A DNA stretch of 64,000 bases, from the NCBI GenBank assembly GCA_965287045.1, contig OZ336876.1, positions 26,722,001 through 26,786,000 on the forward strand, read 5' to 3'. Below the pieces are notes generated by a model, which was given only the letters and a program-made list of their open reading frames with translations, was not told where the DNA came from and did not search any database. Source of the DNA: Carcharhinus amblyrhynchos. Its lineage: Eukaryota. Positions 11,884 through 22,200 of the stretch are shown here, piece by piece (positions within the stretch are counted from its first letter, which is position 1; every line of letters starts with the position of its first letter). The position numbers were made by a program, and so were the translations under genes.

Positions 11884-14346
11884 TCAGGGCACCTTGCTGT
11901 GAGGGGTGGCCGGGCTCCTATCGGGGAAGGTGAGGACGACGGGGAAGAGCAACCCCTTGCCCTCCAGGCAGGGCTGGAGCTCCTGCAGAGTGCCGGGCGC
12001 GGCGGCGACGGCGGCAGCAGCAGCAGCGGAGCCGGGCCGCTCCTCGTCCTCCTCGGCCAGGGTGAAGCGCAGGACGCAAGCCCGGTTGACGCAGTAGATA
12101 TCGCGGCCCATGAGGGCGCAGCGGAAAGGCTGCGGCGAGGCCGAGGCGGGCAGCAGCGAGCCGCACTCGCTCCAGCGGCGGCCCACCGTGTTGTACTTGG
12201 AGAGGGCGATGGCGCGGCTGTCGCGCTCCAGGTCGAAGCGGTACAGGCACCGGCCCAGCGCCACCATGTCGGCCGAGCGGCGGCGGCTGCTGCTGCACGG
12301 GCACTCCTGCCACTCGTCCCGCCGCGGGTCGTAGCGCAGCAGGCGGTAGAAGAGGGAGCCGCCCGACACGTAGATGTAGCCGGAGCAGGCGGCCGCCTGG
12401 TGGGCCACGGCGAAGCCGCCGCGGGGCAGCGGGGCGGCGGCGCTCCAGCGGTCCGCCCGCGGGTCGTAGCGCTCCACGCTGAAGAGGCACTCGCCGCCGA
12501 TGGCGTACAGCAGGCCGTCCAGCGCCACCAGCTTGAGCTGCGAGCGGGCCTGCCGCATGGGCCGCAGCTCGGCCCACTGGCCGGTGGCCGGGTTGTAGCT
12601 GAAGACGCGGTCCGAGGGCCGGGCCCGCGAGCCCGAGCCCCGCAGGCCGCCCGCCACGAACAGGTAGTTGTGCAGCGTGCACAGGCCGCAGCCGCGGGTG
12701 TCGGCCGCCGCCGCCGGGATGGGGCTCAGGCGCCGCCAGCGGTCGGCGGCCGGGTCGTGGCGGTAGAGCCAGCGGACCGGCGGCTCGGCCGACAGCTCGG
12801 GGGAGCCCGCCCCGGCCTCGGGGCTCTGCGAGCGGCTGCCCTCCCGGCTGACCGAGCGGCTGTGGCCGGGCGAAGGCCGCTCGAACACCTCGTTGACGTC
12901 GGCCAGCACCAGGCAGCGCTCGCCGGCGGGGGCCGGGCCGGGGGCCGAGGCCGAGGCTCCGCCGCGGGCCTGCGGGGGGCCGGCCTGGGCCGTCCGCAGC
13001 CGCAGGATCAGCTCCCGCTCGGCGCCGCTCAGCCGCCCGTAGACGGCGGGCTCCCGCAGCACCCGCAGGTAGTGGTCGCTCATGAAGCGGTAGGCCGCCT
13101 CCCGGAGCTCGGGCAGCCGCTGCCGCTTGGCCAGGCCCAGCAGCTCCAGGCAGTTGCCCAGCTCCAGCTGCCCCCTGAGCGAGTCGACGGCCGAGTGCAG
13201 GGCGCACGGCATCTGCAGGTACTGGGCGGCGGCGATCAGCTCGGCCGCGTTGTCGGCCCGGGCCGCCATGCCCGCCCCGTACGAGTAGTCGAGCAGCAGC
13301 CGCAGCGCCTCGAAGCTCAGGCCGCGCAGGCTGAGGAACTGGCGCGACAGCCGCGCCCGGAAGAAGTCGCTGCGCTCGGCCAGCACCGCCTTGTGGGCGC
13401 GGACCCGCCGGCCCGACACCTCGATCAGCAGGTCGGGCTCGGGCGTAGTCGAGGCCGGGGCTCCGCCGCCACCGCCACCGCCCTCCTCCAGGCTCCAGTA
13501 AGCCGACGCAGCCGCTCCGCCCTCCCGCGGCCCCACGACGCCGCCGCCGCCGTTGCCGTTGTTGTTATTGTTGACCAGCTGCCGCTGGCTCTTCACCACC
13601 CGCTCCGCCGCCGCCCACACGGCCCCCGCGCCCGGCTCCCTCTCGTCGCCCGACGGCGCCGAGAAGCAGAGGGACGAGCCGAAGCTGCAGGACGAGCTGT
13701 CAGCCGGGCTCAGCTCCTCCTCCTCCTCTCCTCCAGCCGCTTCCACGGCCGGCGATGAGCCGCTCCGGCTCTCCTCCATCCCGGCCCCCAGACCCTGGCC
13801 GTTCCGCTGCTGCTGCAGCTGCAGCCCCGGCTCCTCTTCGCCTGCGGCATCGCCCACAGCCTGTCCCCCCGAGCCCTGCAGCAGGCGGGCTGCTCTGCCC
13901 GCACTCACACCCTCAGCACCTTCCTCCTGGATTCCTGCCTCCGCCCCACCGCTGCATTCCTCACCCACCTCTCTGCTGCTGCTGCTGCTGCTGCTGCTGG
14001 CAGTGCAGCCTGAACTCTCTCTGCACAGCAGAGCCCCCTCAGCACTGGCACCGTCCACTGCCGCCTGTAACCTCCCTGCACAAAGTTTCTGCTGCAAATC
14101 ATTTTCCGGCGAACACCAGCTCTCCTCGCCGCTTTGTGGCAAACGAGCCGCGCTCTCTGTTTCTGCTCCACCGACATTCCCTGTGAGAGTCTGTCCGTTC
14201 CTGTGGTTTTCTGCATTTACCCCATTGTTCTGTCCTGGAAAAGGACTCCCGACAGTGCCTATCAGCAAAGACTCAAGATCCAAGCTCTCCTTTTGCAAAG
14301 AAGCAGCACCGGTGACAATTAATAGATCCTGGCCAGGCTGATCCAT
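11884..14346 (-). CDS. KBTBD11: Kelch repeat and BTB domain-containing protein 11 (BTB-BACK-Kelch, putative CUL3 substrate adaptor); single coding exon; 820 aa from the first ATG or 631 aa from Met190 (13779)
   Basis: Uninterrupted ORF. BTB domain EPDLLIEVSGRRVRAHKAVLAERSDFFRAR; BACK-like LAKRQRLPELREAAYRFMSDHYLRVLREPAVYGRLSGAERE; Kelch blades (YLFVAGG, LLYAIGGECLFSVERYDPRADRW, YIYVSGGSLFYRLLRYDPRRDEWQEC). These match human KBTBD11 as I recall it, and the gene lies directly downstream of ARHGEF10 on the same strand. Confidence 0.95.
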   Translation of the reverse strand: MDQPGQDLLIVTGAASLQKESLDLESLLIGTVGSPFPGQNNGVNAENHRNGQTLTGNVGGAETESAARLPQSGEESWCSPENDLQQKLCAGRLQAAVDGASAEGALLCRESSGCTASSSSSSSSREVGEECSGGAEAGIQEEGAEGVSAGRAARLLQGSGGQAVGDAAGEEEPGLQLQQQRNGQGLGAGMEESRSGSSPAVEAAGGEEEEELSPADSSSCSFGSSLCFSAPSGDEREPGAGAVWAAAERVVKSQRQLVNNNNNGNGGGGVVGPREGGAAASAYWSLEEGGGGGGGAPASTTPEPDLLIEVSGRRVRAHKAVLAERSDFFRARLSRQFLSLRGLSFEALRLLLDYSYGAGMAARADNAAELIAAAQYLQMPCALHSAVDSLRGQLELGNCLELLGLAKRQRLPELREAAYRFMSDHYLRVLREPAVYGRLSGAERELILRLRTAQAGPPQARGGASASAPGPAPAGERCLVLADVNEVFERPSPGHSRSVSREGSRSQSPEAGAGSPELSAEPPVRWLYRHDPAADRWRRLSPIPAAAADTRGCGLCTLHNYLFVAGGLRGSGSRARPSDRVFSYNPATGQWAELRPMRQARSQLKLVALDGLLYAIGGECLFSVERYDPRADRWSAAAPLPRGGFAVAHQAAACSGYIYVSGGSLFYRLLRYDPRRDEWQECPCSSSRRRSADMVALGRCLYRFDLERDSRAIALSKYNTVGRRWSECGSLLPASASPQPFRCALMGRDIYCVNRACVLRFTLAEEDEERPGSAAAAAAVAAAPGTLQELQPCLEGKGLLFPVVLTFPDRSPATPHSKVP
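13973..13999. repeat. (CTG)9 trinucleotide repeat encoding poly-Ser (AGC) in the KBTBD11 N-terminal extension
   Basis: Read directly from the sequence; the protein reads ASSSSSSSSRE. Confidence 0.95.
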
Positions 14347-14687
14347 CGATTAGATAGGATTGTTGTATCCGCTGGCTCACAGTGCAACGGTCCGTCGTGC
14401 TGTTGGCATAACTCCCAACAAATGCCTGGGTCGGGTACCTCATTCAGATACCTTTTCCTTCACACTCTACCCTATCTGGGTCTTCAGAAACTGCAGGTTA
14501 ACCAGCGATGCTTTTTGAACCAATTATGACTTTACACTGCACCGAAGCAATCTCCCAAGAGACGAGGCTGGGAAGCTGAGATTGTTATCGCCGAAGTCCC
14601 AAGGACGTGCACTTCTGTTCAGTTAGGTTGGAAGGATCTCTTACAAGGCCATGCTTCCCAGTTGTACTGGTTGTCGTACGCATCCTT

Positions 14688-14718
14688 CTGTATAGGAAAG
14701 AAAATAGTTTCAGTTAGC
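14688..14718 (-). promoter_or_regulatory. KBTBD11: Splice acceptor of the KBTBD11 coding exon (exon starts at 14687)
   Basis: The minus strand reads CTAACTGAAACTATTTTCTTTCCTATACAG|AAGG: a CTAAC branch point, polypyrimidine tract and CAG, 341 nt upstream of the first in-frame ATG. Confidence 0.75.
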
Positions 14719-15431
14719 TGCTCCATACAGCAAAAAAAATCATTCTATAAATAATTGTTAGATATTTTGTAGTTCGGTCAACATCTGGTGAAAGGCAACC
14801 TCTTAAAAGCGTCAATGATTGAAGTGAGATGCAGCTCTGAAGAGATGGTTAGCTGATTTGGTTGATCAGTATTTTCCTGCTGTTGGAATTTCATAGACCA
14901 ATAATAAAAGAATTATGATTCCTTAATTGAATTCCTTTAAAGTATTTGACAATTTTGTTAATTTACAAATATACAAGTTCATGGTGTAAATCATCACAAA
15001 GTATCTAAACAAGTTGCCAATCTGAAGGTCAATGGAAGGGAAAGTGGCTCTTCGCGAGGAATATTTGCAAATAAGTTTTTTGTATCTGAAGACAACGCCC
15101 CTTTGAAAAGTTACTAAACAGTGCTATTGCTTTGGCATCAACTTTGAGCTTTTTTTCCTTACAGTGCAATGTTCAAATTAAGCAGAAGTGGGTGTTGGTT
15201 CTCAGGCAGTGACAGGTATGTGGGGTGTGTTATACATGTCCCAGATGCATAAGGTACTACTCAGTTTATCTTCGGTCTACATCATAATTGATTAAATTGC
15301 CCTGAAATTTGCAACAATAAGCTGCATTCATCAACATAAAAATAGGTTCACAAACAATAGGAGACTATTGTCACTATTTTAACTATTAAAATGACTTGCT
15401 TTTTCACAACTACCAGACAACTCAGTGCTTT

Positions 15432-16615
15432 AGAACACAGAACAGTCCAGCACAGTACAAGCCCTTCGGCCCTCGATGTTGTGCCGAACTATGACCGAAC
15501 CCAAAAACAAGCTATCCCACTCCCTATCATTCTGGTGTCCTCCATGTGCCTATCCAATAACCGCTTGAAAGTTCCTAAAGTGTCTGGCTCCACTATCACA
15601 GCAAGCAGTGCATTCCACACCCCAACCACTCTGAGTGAAGAATCTACCTCAGGCACCCCTCATATCTCCCACCATGAACCTTATAGTTATGCACCCTAGT
15701 AACAGCTACATTCACCTGAGGAAACAGTCTCTGCACGTCCACTCTATCTATTGCCCTTATCATCTTATAAACCTCTTAAGTCGCCTCTCATCTTCCTCCA
15801 CTCCAAAGAGAAAAATCCCAGCTCCCTCAACCTTTCCTCATAAGACCTACCCTCCAAACCAGGCAGCATCCTGGTAAATCTCCTCTGCACTCTCTCTCCA
15901 ATGCTTCCACATCCTTCTTATAGTGAGGTGACCAGAACTGAACACAATATTCCAAATGTGGTCTCACCAAGGTCCTGTATAGTTGCAGCATAACCCCACA
16001 GCTCTTAAACTCAAACTCACTTTAATAAACGCTAACACACTATAACTCTTCTTCACAGCTCTATCTACTTGAGTGGCAACCTTCAGAGATCTAGGATATG
16101 AACCCCAAGATCTCTCTGTTCCTCCACATTCTTCAGATCTCTGCCATTGACCCTGTAATCCGCATTCAAGTTTGTCCCACCAAAATGAATCACCTTGCAC
16201 TCATCAGGATTAAGCTCCATCTGCCACTTATCTGCCCAGCTCTGCATCCTATCAATGTCTCTTTGCAGCCTACAAGAGCCCTCCACCAATCTTGGTGTCA
16301 TCAGCAAATTTACTAACCCACCCTTCAGCCCACTCTTCCAAGTCATTGATAAAAATCACAAATAGCAGAGGACCCAGCACTGATCCCACTGGTAACTGGC
16401 CTCCAATCTGAAAATTTTCCCTCTACCACCACCCTCTGTCTTCTATGAGACAGCCAGTTACTTATCCAATCGGCCAAATTTCCTTCTATCCCACACCTCC
16501 TTACTTTCCTCGTGAGCCTACCATGGGGAGCCTTATCAAACGCCTTACTAAAATCCATATACGTGACATCAACTGCTCTACGTTCATCTACACACTTAGT
16601 TACCTCCTCAAAGAA
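15432..16615 (-). mobile_element. 5'-truncated CR1-clade (HER1-like) LINE, reverse-transcriptase remnant with frameshifts
   Basis: ORF pieces FFEEVTKCVDERRAVDVTYMDFSKAFDKAPHGRL and LQRDIDRMQSWADKWQMELNPDECKVIHFG; CR1 tail (TGTTCT)n at the 15432 end. Confidence 0.92.
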
Positions 16616-16625
16616 TGGAGGTAAC

Positions 16626-16973
16626 TTTACAGCCAATTAATTTTGAAATGTAATGAAGGAAATACTGCAGCCAATTTGTGCACAGGGAATTCCCCATGCA
16701 ATAATGTGATAATCATAGAATCCCTACAGTGCAGAAGGCAGCCATTTGGCCCATCAAGTTTGCACTGACAGAGCATCCTACCCAGGCTCTTCCTCATAAC
16801 CCCTGACATTTACCCTGCTAATCCCCCTAATCTATACATCTTGGGACACTAAGGGGCAATTTAGCATAGTAATCCACCTAAATGGAGCAACTGATGGAAA
16901 GCTATGAAGACCAGATAATCTGTCCTTGTGATGTTGATCGAGGGATAAATATTGGCAAGGATATCAGGGATAA
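16626..16973 (-). mobile_element. Deu-domain SINE fragment with an HE1-like SINE 3' part (16714-16881, minus) nested inside
   Basis: TTACAGCCAAT...GCAGCCAATTTGTGCACAG...AATGTGATAAT [insert ATAGAATCCCTACAGTGCAGAAGG...] GACCAGATAATCTG..TGTTGATCGAGGGATAAATATTGGC is the reverse complement of the element at 49970-50394. Confidence 0.7.
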
Positions 16974-17186
16974 AATTTTATTAGTGTCACGATTAAGCTT
17001 ATGTTAACACTGCAACCATATTACTGTGAAAATCCCCTAGTCGCCACACTCTGAGGGAGAATTTAGCATGGCCAATCCATCTAACCAGCACATCTTTCAG
17101 ACCACGGGAGGAAACTGGGTCAACCCCACACAAACACAGGGATAAAGGTGCAGATTCTGCAGACAATGACCCAAGCCAGGAATTAA
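16972..17186 (-). mobile_element. V-SINE with alternative tail, 5'-incomplete
   Basis: TTTATTAGTGTCAC...TTACTGTGAAAATCCCCTAGTCGCCACACTCTGAGGGAGAATTTAGCATGGCCAATCC; same family as 11548-11819. Confidence 0.8.
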
Positions 17187-17434
17187 ACTTTAATTGTGTT
17201 CAAGCTTTGGAACTGTGTAGCTTTTGATTCACAGACAAGAGAGCTGCCAATTGAACACTACACAAGTAACATATGTGGATTTAAGTGTTGAAAACTTTGT
17301 TTTGCAAACAATTTTCTTTCCATTCAAGGGACATACAAGGATCAGGCAATCCAAAATCATCCTGTTTACACTATTACCAAGAGGATATATTTATCAGCAA
17401 AATTTCAAGTAATGAAGTGTCATATACACACACA

Positions 17435-17640
17435 AAATAATAAACGTAAAATGCTGCACATGCTGGAAATCTGAACTAAAAACAGAAAATGCTGGAAAAA
17501 CTCAGGTTTGACAGCATCTGTGGGCAGAAAAACGGGAGTAAACTTCAAAGCCACATGACGTAAGAACGATGAGGTAGATTTTATACTGCTTCAGAGGGGG
17601 TGGAGCAAAATCGGTCAGGGACAGGTGGGAGTTAGGATTC
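17435..17640 (-). mobile_element. Probable Penelope-like element terminal fragment
   Basis: The motif AAAACAGAAAATGCTGGAAAAACTCAG...CAGCATCTGTGG recurs in decayed form near 10800, 21050, 47685 and (inverted) 59130. The PLE assignment is from recollection of shark repeats. Confidence 0.45.
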
Positions 17641-19899
17641 CAGTGCCATGGGCTCTGATGAAATCAACACAACAGGAACTCCGCGAGTAGAATTTGAGAT
17701 AATTCACAATCAAGCCATTAGCGAAACGCAAAGTATTTTTGTACTTTGCATCATAGCTTCAGACTTGATTATCCCTCTTCTGTGTTAGACAGTTCGGTGT
17801 CATTACAGACTAGTGTATCATCATGCAGTACCATGTGAAGAACACGCGCCTTGCCTCCCATGTTTTCAGTCAACGGGCAAATTAAAGTTCAACATGATTC
17901 TGGAAATTGGGAGCCTACATATCTAGGGACGGGAACGTCACCCCCTCCTCCCTGAGAAACAGATGGGTGGGGCCAGGGATCCGCGGAACATTTCATTTCT
18001 CAGCGGAGAACAATTTTTGCCAGAACCTCAGCAAGGGTTGCAGAACGGTGTGTGGGTACTCTGTCACACTGACTGGTTGAGTCCTTTTGCTGGGGGGAGC
18101 GGCTGAGGGAATTTGGGCTCTCCTGGCTATTCTATTTTATGTTTGTAATCATGCCAGACCCCTTGGGGCTTCCATAATTTTTAATGGGCCTTTGCTGGAA
18201 CTAGTTTGATTGGATAAATTCCAAATCATCTCAAGTCGTCGCTGCAATTGCTACACTGTAGCTAAGCACAGACGCCCAGAATTAAACGCTGCTTAGCACC
18301 AAGGCAACGCTGCCTTTCGCTGGGGAAGTATAACCCTGCGACTGTTAATAGCAACTTTATGAAACTCGGATCCATCATGTATCATCCACAACATGTTCGT
18401 TAATGAGGTTCATGTGGGCAGGAGGGAGTGAACAGAGATGGAATGGCAACCCTGAGCTTAATTCAAATAGAAAGGTCCTTAGGCAGTTGTATAAAAATAG
18501 AAATCACTGAATTTCTTTTCCCTCCACGCAGAAGTTTTATTCCGTAAGGTGCAGTTAAATCACCGATTTGTCTCAGTCAATATTAAGAACGCACGACATA
18601 TTCCAGCTCTTCAAGCAAAGAGCAATGTGTGCATGACAGTATAGTGAGGTACATCCATACTGGGGGCCTGTTTGAAGCTTTCATCTCCGCAACTGAATTG
18701 AATGTACCGAGCTTTGTCCACGATAAATGACATACTGACAAGTCATAAAATTTACTAAAAGGCACGTTGCGTGTGGTTTTTGAAAAAAAAATCATGGGGG
18801 GGATTGGTGAATAGTGGGAAGTACAGCTCAGTGGACATTGAAGGTTGATTCTAGCCTGATGAGACAGACTCGTACAGATACAGACAATGAATAAGATGCA
18901 CATACAGCTCAGCCCCAGGGACTGAGAAAGCCTGTTGCTGCACTCTGCCTCAAGCGGGGGGGGAGCTGAAGATTCGCAAGGCAAGAAAAAAAGGGTCGTA
19001 GGAGTGACATTCGCAACCTACATAATGACTAAAACTAAACCATCTGATCAGCCATATTGCACTGAGTGCGGTAGTACTGAATACTACTGTACTCTAATCC
19101 ATACAGCACCAGGCGAAGGTTGCAATAGCTTAATTGCCCGCTGCAATTAAAAAGATTCGAATCAATTTAGCCTCAAATCTAAACCGCACTTCGCAAATAT
19201 CCAATGAACAGTCTGGTTTCGCTCAGTCTGCATAGCCTGAATTAACTGCCCCTGCTTGTGGAAAGAATAGAGCAATACTCGACACACCGAGTCTGCACAT
19301 TTGAAAGAGATTGTGCAAAGCGCCAGCTTTCTTTCTGCAGCAATAGTTCAGCTCGTGGCTTGTCACGGTGGATGGTGGCCGATTTGTTCTTTTGGAGTTT
19401 TAACACTGTAATGTCCTGCAGAAAGGGAAGGAAGCAGGCACATGCATTCTAATCGGAAGCGACCAGGCATGTGGATTAATGCTTTTTTTGAAGATTGCAG
19501 CATTGCAAGAATTGAATGCACTCTCTCCAATGGAACCATGCTTGGTTTGCGGGGGGCGGGGATTAATGTTATTGGGAAATACCAAGTATATTTGATGGCC
19601 ACATTGGTATTGTGATTTTGCATATTCAGTTTCACTTACAAAGGGCTAAATGATCAGTATATAATACAAACTGATCTGAAATGTATTGCTGTAAATATCT
19701 TTTTTAAACAAAGCTCGATTCGATCTCTGCATGTATTCTGCCATTTTCAAGGGAAAAAATATCGTGACACGCAAGATTTTAACAGGAGCTTTTCAAATAC
19801 TGCAATCGTAAAAAAAAGCTGCGAACCTTGCTGGGAACTGAATATATACACAATGCATTCATTGTCAGTCCTCCTAGGTATTTTTTTAAACAGTAAAAG

Positions 19900-20900
19900 C
19901 GACTTAATGAAAACAGGATTCGTGTTAGTGACGACTGCCTGCCACTAACCTGAATAGATCTGGTGCGATTTAAATAGTTGGAAGCTAATCCCGCCGCTGC
20001 CATTGCCCTAACAACCAGACCGTCCTACACACAGAAAAGAATGAAAGAAAATTACACCACTTACCGAGAACTCAAGTGCAAACTGCCATTGATCATGTCA
20101 GCAAAGGAACCTGTCTCCCCAGACCTGTAGAGTTTCTTCTTGAAACTGTGAACACCGCTCAATAAAGACAAGCGAAAGGGATTAGAAATGACTGCAAAGC
20201 CGGCGAGAGAGAGAGGGAAAAAACAGATGCCAGATGAGCAGAGGTGCCTGTGACCGAGTCTGCTTTTAATCCCCAGTTAGCAGGAACGGCTTCTTCATCG
20301 GCGGTTGTGCTTCCCAAATGCAGAATTCTCACTCACCGATCCCACTATTCCCGGTTTTCTTCATGAGTTAACCCGAATGCCAGGGCCCTCAGCACCACTC
20401 CCCTCACATCTTTTGTGCAGCGCTTAGTATTTACTGGCAGATGTTGTTAAATAATAAGAGGTATGGTTCAATGCGCCCAGGTTTATTTGAAACAAACTGG
20501 ATCAATACTTCTCACGCCTTCGCTTCTGCTGAGTGAATAATTCTTCTAAATAAACGTAAAGCTGCTCGCCTACATACATTTATTAATAAACTAATGCCTT
20601 GATCATTCTTTTACCAAACAGCTTCCTGCGTCACTACTTTCTTGATGCTTTCAGTGAATGCTTTGGTGAAAAGTATTCTCTACGATGCATGCAGTCAGTC
20701 CCACCTACTTCCTCAGTACGCAGCTGCAAGGACTACTAACTCCCAACTCGGATTGTGTTCAGGGAGGGAGACATTTCCCAACCTTATGCTGGAATCACCC
20801 CGACCTGTTCGGAAGGGGTCGTTGCAAACAAAGCGGATTGGTTGCCAATCTATAAGCATTAACTTGCAGGCAGCACGATGGGCACATGAGCAAGATTAAA
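19900..20900 (-). promoter_or_regulatory. KBTBD11: Probable KBTBD11 promoter and first-exon region
   Basis: CpGs are visibly more frequent from about 17.6 to 20.9 kb than in the flanks. Consensus minus-strand donors TCG|GTAAGT (exon end 20065) and TCG|GTGAGT (exon end 20337); paired CCAAT boxes GATTGG-TTG-CCAATC near 20836-20850; CRE-like TGCGTCA near 20627. I recognised no transposon in this interval. Confidence 0.5.
19950..20024 (-). other. KBTBD11: Candidate 75-nt 5' leader exon of KBTBD11
   Basis: Minus-strand acceptor TTTTCTTTCATTCTTTTCTGTGTGTAG|GACG and donor CAG|GTTAGT, inside the CpG-enriched region. No transcript evidence is available here. Confidence 0.5.
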
Positions 20901-21397
20901 GCAAGAAGGAGGTGTCAGTTCAGGTGGCACCCCATTTCATTGCAATGCAGGGACCAGTCCTGTATCCGTGGTGCAACCATCTGTAAATCATTACAATGTT
21001 TCTGCAGTTGTTTAATGGTAGGATAATGGTCAGTGCCGCAGAATCCAAAAAAAAACGAATGTAGCTGGAAATAATAAGGAGGTCAGGTAGCATCTGTGGA
21101 GGGTCAGCATTAAGTCAGCCCAAGATTAGAGACCTTACGGCCTCCACTATGCTTCTTTGAGTGGTATAGTGGGACCTTCAATCTACATGACTAAAGGCAG
21201 TTTAAGGTTCTGTCTGAACTAATAACTTTGATTCTTGGTACTACTCCAAGGTATCAGTTTCGATGATGTACTTAAAAACGGAGTGAAGTTTGAATTGGTA
21301 ATATTTCGAATCAAAGAGGAGAGCAGCCAGCATCAACAGCAAGTCGAACTTTAGGACAAGTTATTGTAAAACAGGAACAAATGTGGGTTAAGGCAGT

Positions 21398-21730
21398 AGA
21401 ACCCTTGTCTCTGGGCTAGAAGTTCACACCAGGCAAGCACAAAATCTAGGATGACACTCCAGTGCAATACTGAGGGATGCTGCACGGTCAAAGGCACTGT
21501 CTTGCGAATTAAATGTTCAACCACGGCTCCCTCAATTGAATGTGAAAGATCTGATAGTATTATTTGGAAAAGTAGGAAAGTTCTCCACCGCATTCTGACA
21601 AATATGCAACATAACAAAAACAAATGTTATCAAAATGATGTTTATGGGAGCTTGCTGTGCACAAAGCAACTGCAGCATTTCATGCACCAGGGACTGTATT
21701 TCAGAATAATTAATTGGAAAGTGCTTTGAA
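21398..21730 (+). mobile_element. Deu-domain SINE (SacSINE1-like), decayed
   Basis: GCACAAAATCTAGGATGACACTCCAGTGCAATACTGAGGGATGCTGCAC...GGGAGCTTGCTGTGCACAAA; homologous to the copies at 45735 and 49970. Confidence 0.7.
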
Positions 21731-22200
21731 AATGCACATATTTTAATTAAGTGTTTGTTCTTTGTCAAAGATTGCTGCTCCTTTTTTTTCACAGGAATCC
21801 CCTTAACCATTTCTATGCCAAATGTTATCATCCACCTCCTTCTGAAAAAAAATCAGATCCTCCTGTGAGTCGTGTGCATGTTCTTTTTGAGGCTCAAATT
21901 GTAAACTTGTTTGTGCAGAGTTTTTACAGTTATAAACAAAGTTTTGATTGCCACTTGTGAAAGGATCATTATTTTCAGTTTTTATTTGCTCATCTGAAGA
22001 TTATGGCAACATCGTGGCTAGAGGCCAATAGACCCCATGCTGAATATCAGAACCCGTATATTTATTATTGCAGTTTAGAAATAAGGGCTAGAGATTAAAT
22101 AATTAGATATCTATTTCAAAGAGCTGGCACAGGAACTGTGGGCCAAATTGTCTTTTTCTGTGCTGTAAGATTTAGGGATCCAAATAGATGTTTGGTAGAA

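Noticed and set aside
11918-13207. 429-aa alternative-frame ORF on the KBTBD11 strand
   Set aside because: An R/P/G/A-rich frame-shifted reading of GC-rich codons, with no independent sign of coding.
11899-13758. 619-aa plus-strand ORF antisense to KBTBD11 (also 13553-14341 and 13755-14186)
   Set aside because: Shadow ORF expected opposite a very GC3-rich gene, where stop codons are depleted. It is low-complexity A/G/R/Q sequence with no recognisable domain and a non-ATG start.
15964-16636. RT-like ORFs (also at 27111, 29435, 41742 and 61040-61897) as host genes or active elements
   Set aside because: Fragmented by stops and frameshifts and 5'-truncated; they are dead LINE/PLE copies.
20025-20064. 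Apparent 40-nt intron between the 20065 donor and the 20024 acceptor
   Set aside because: Too short for normal spliceosomal removal; the two sites are more likely used alternatively.
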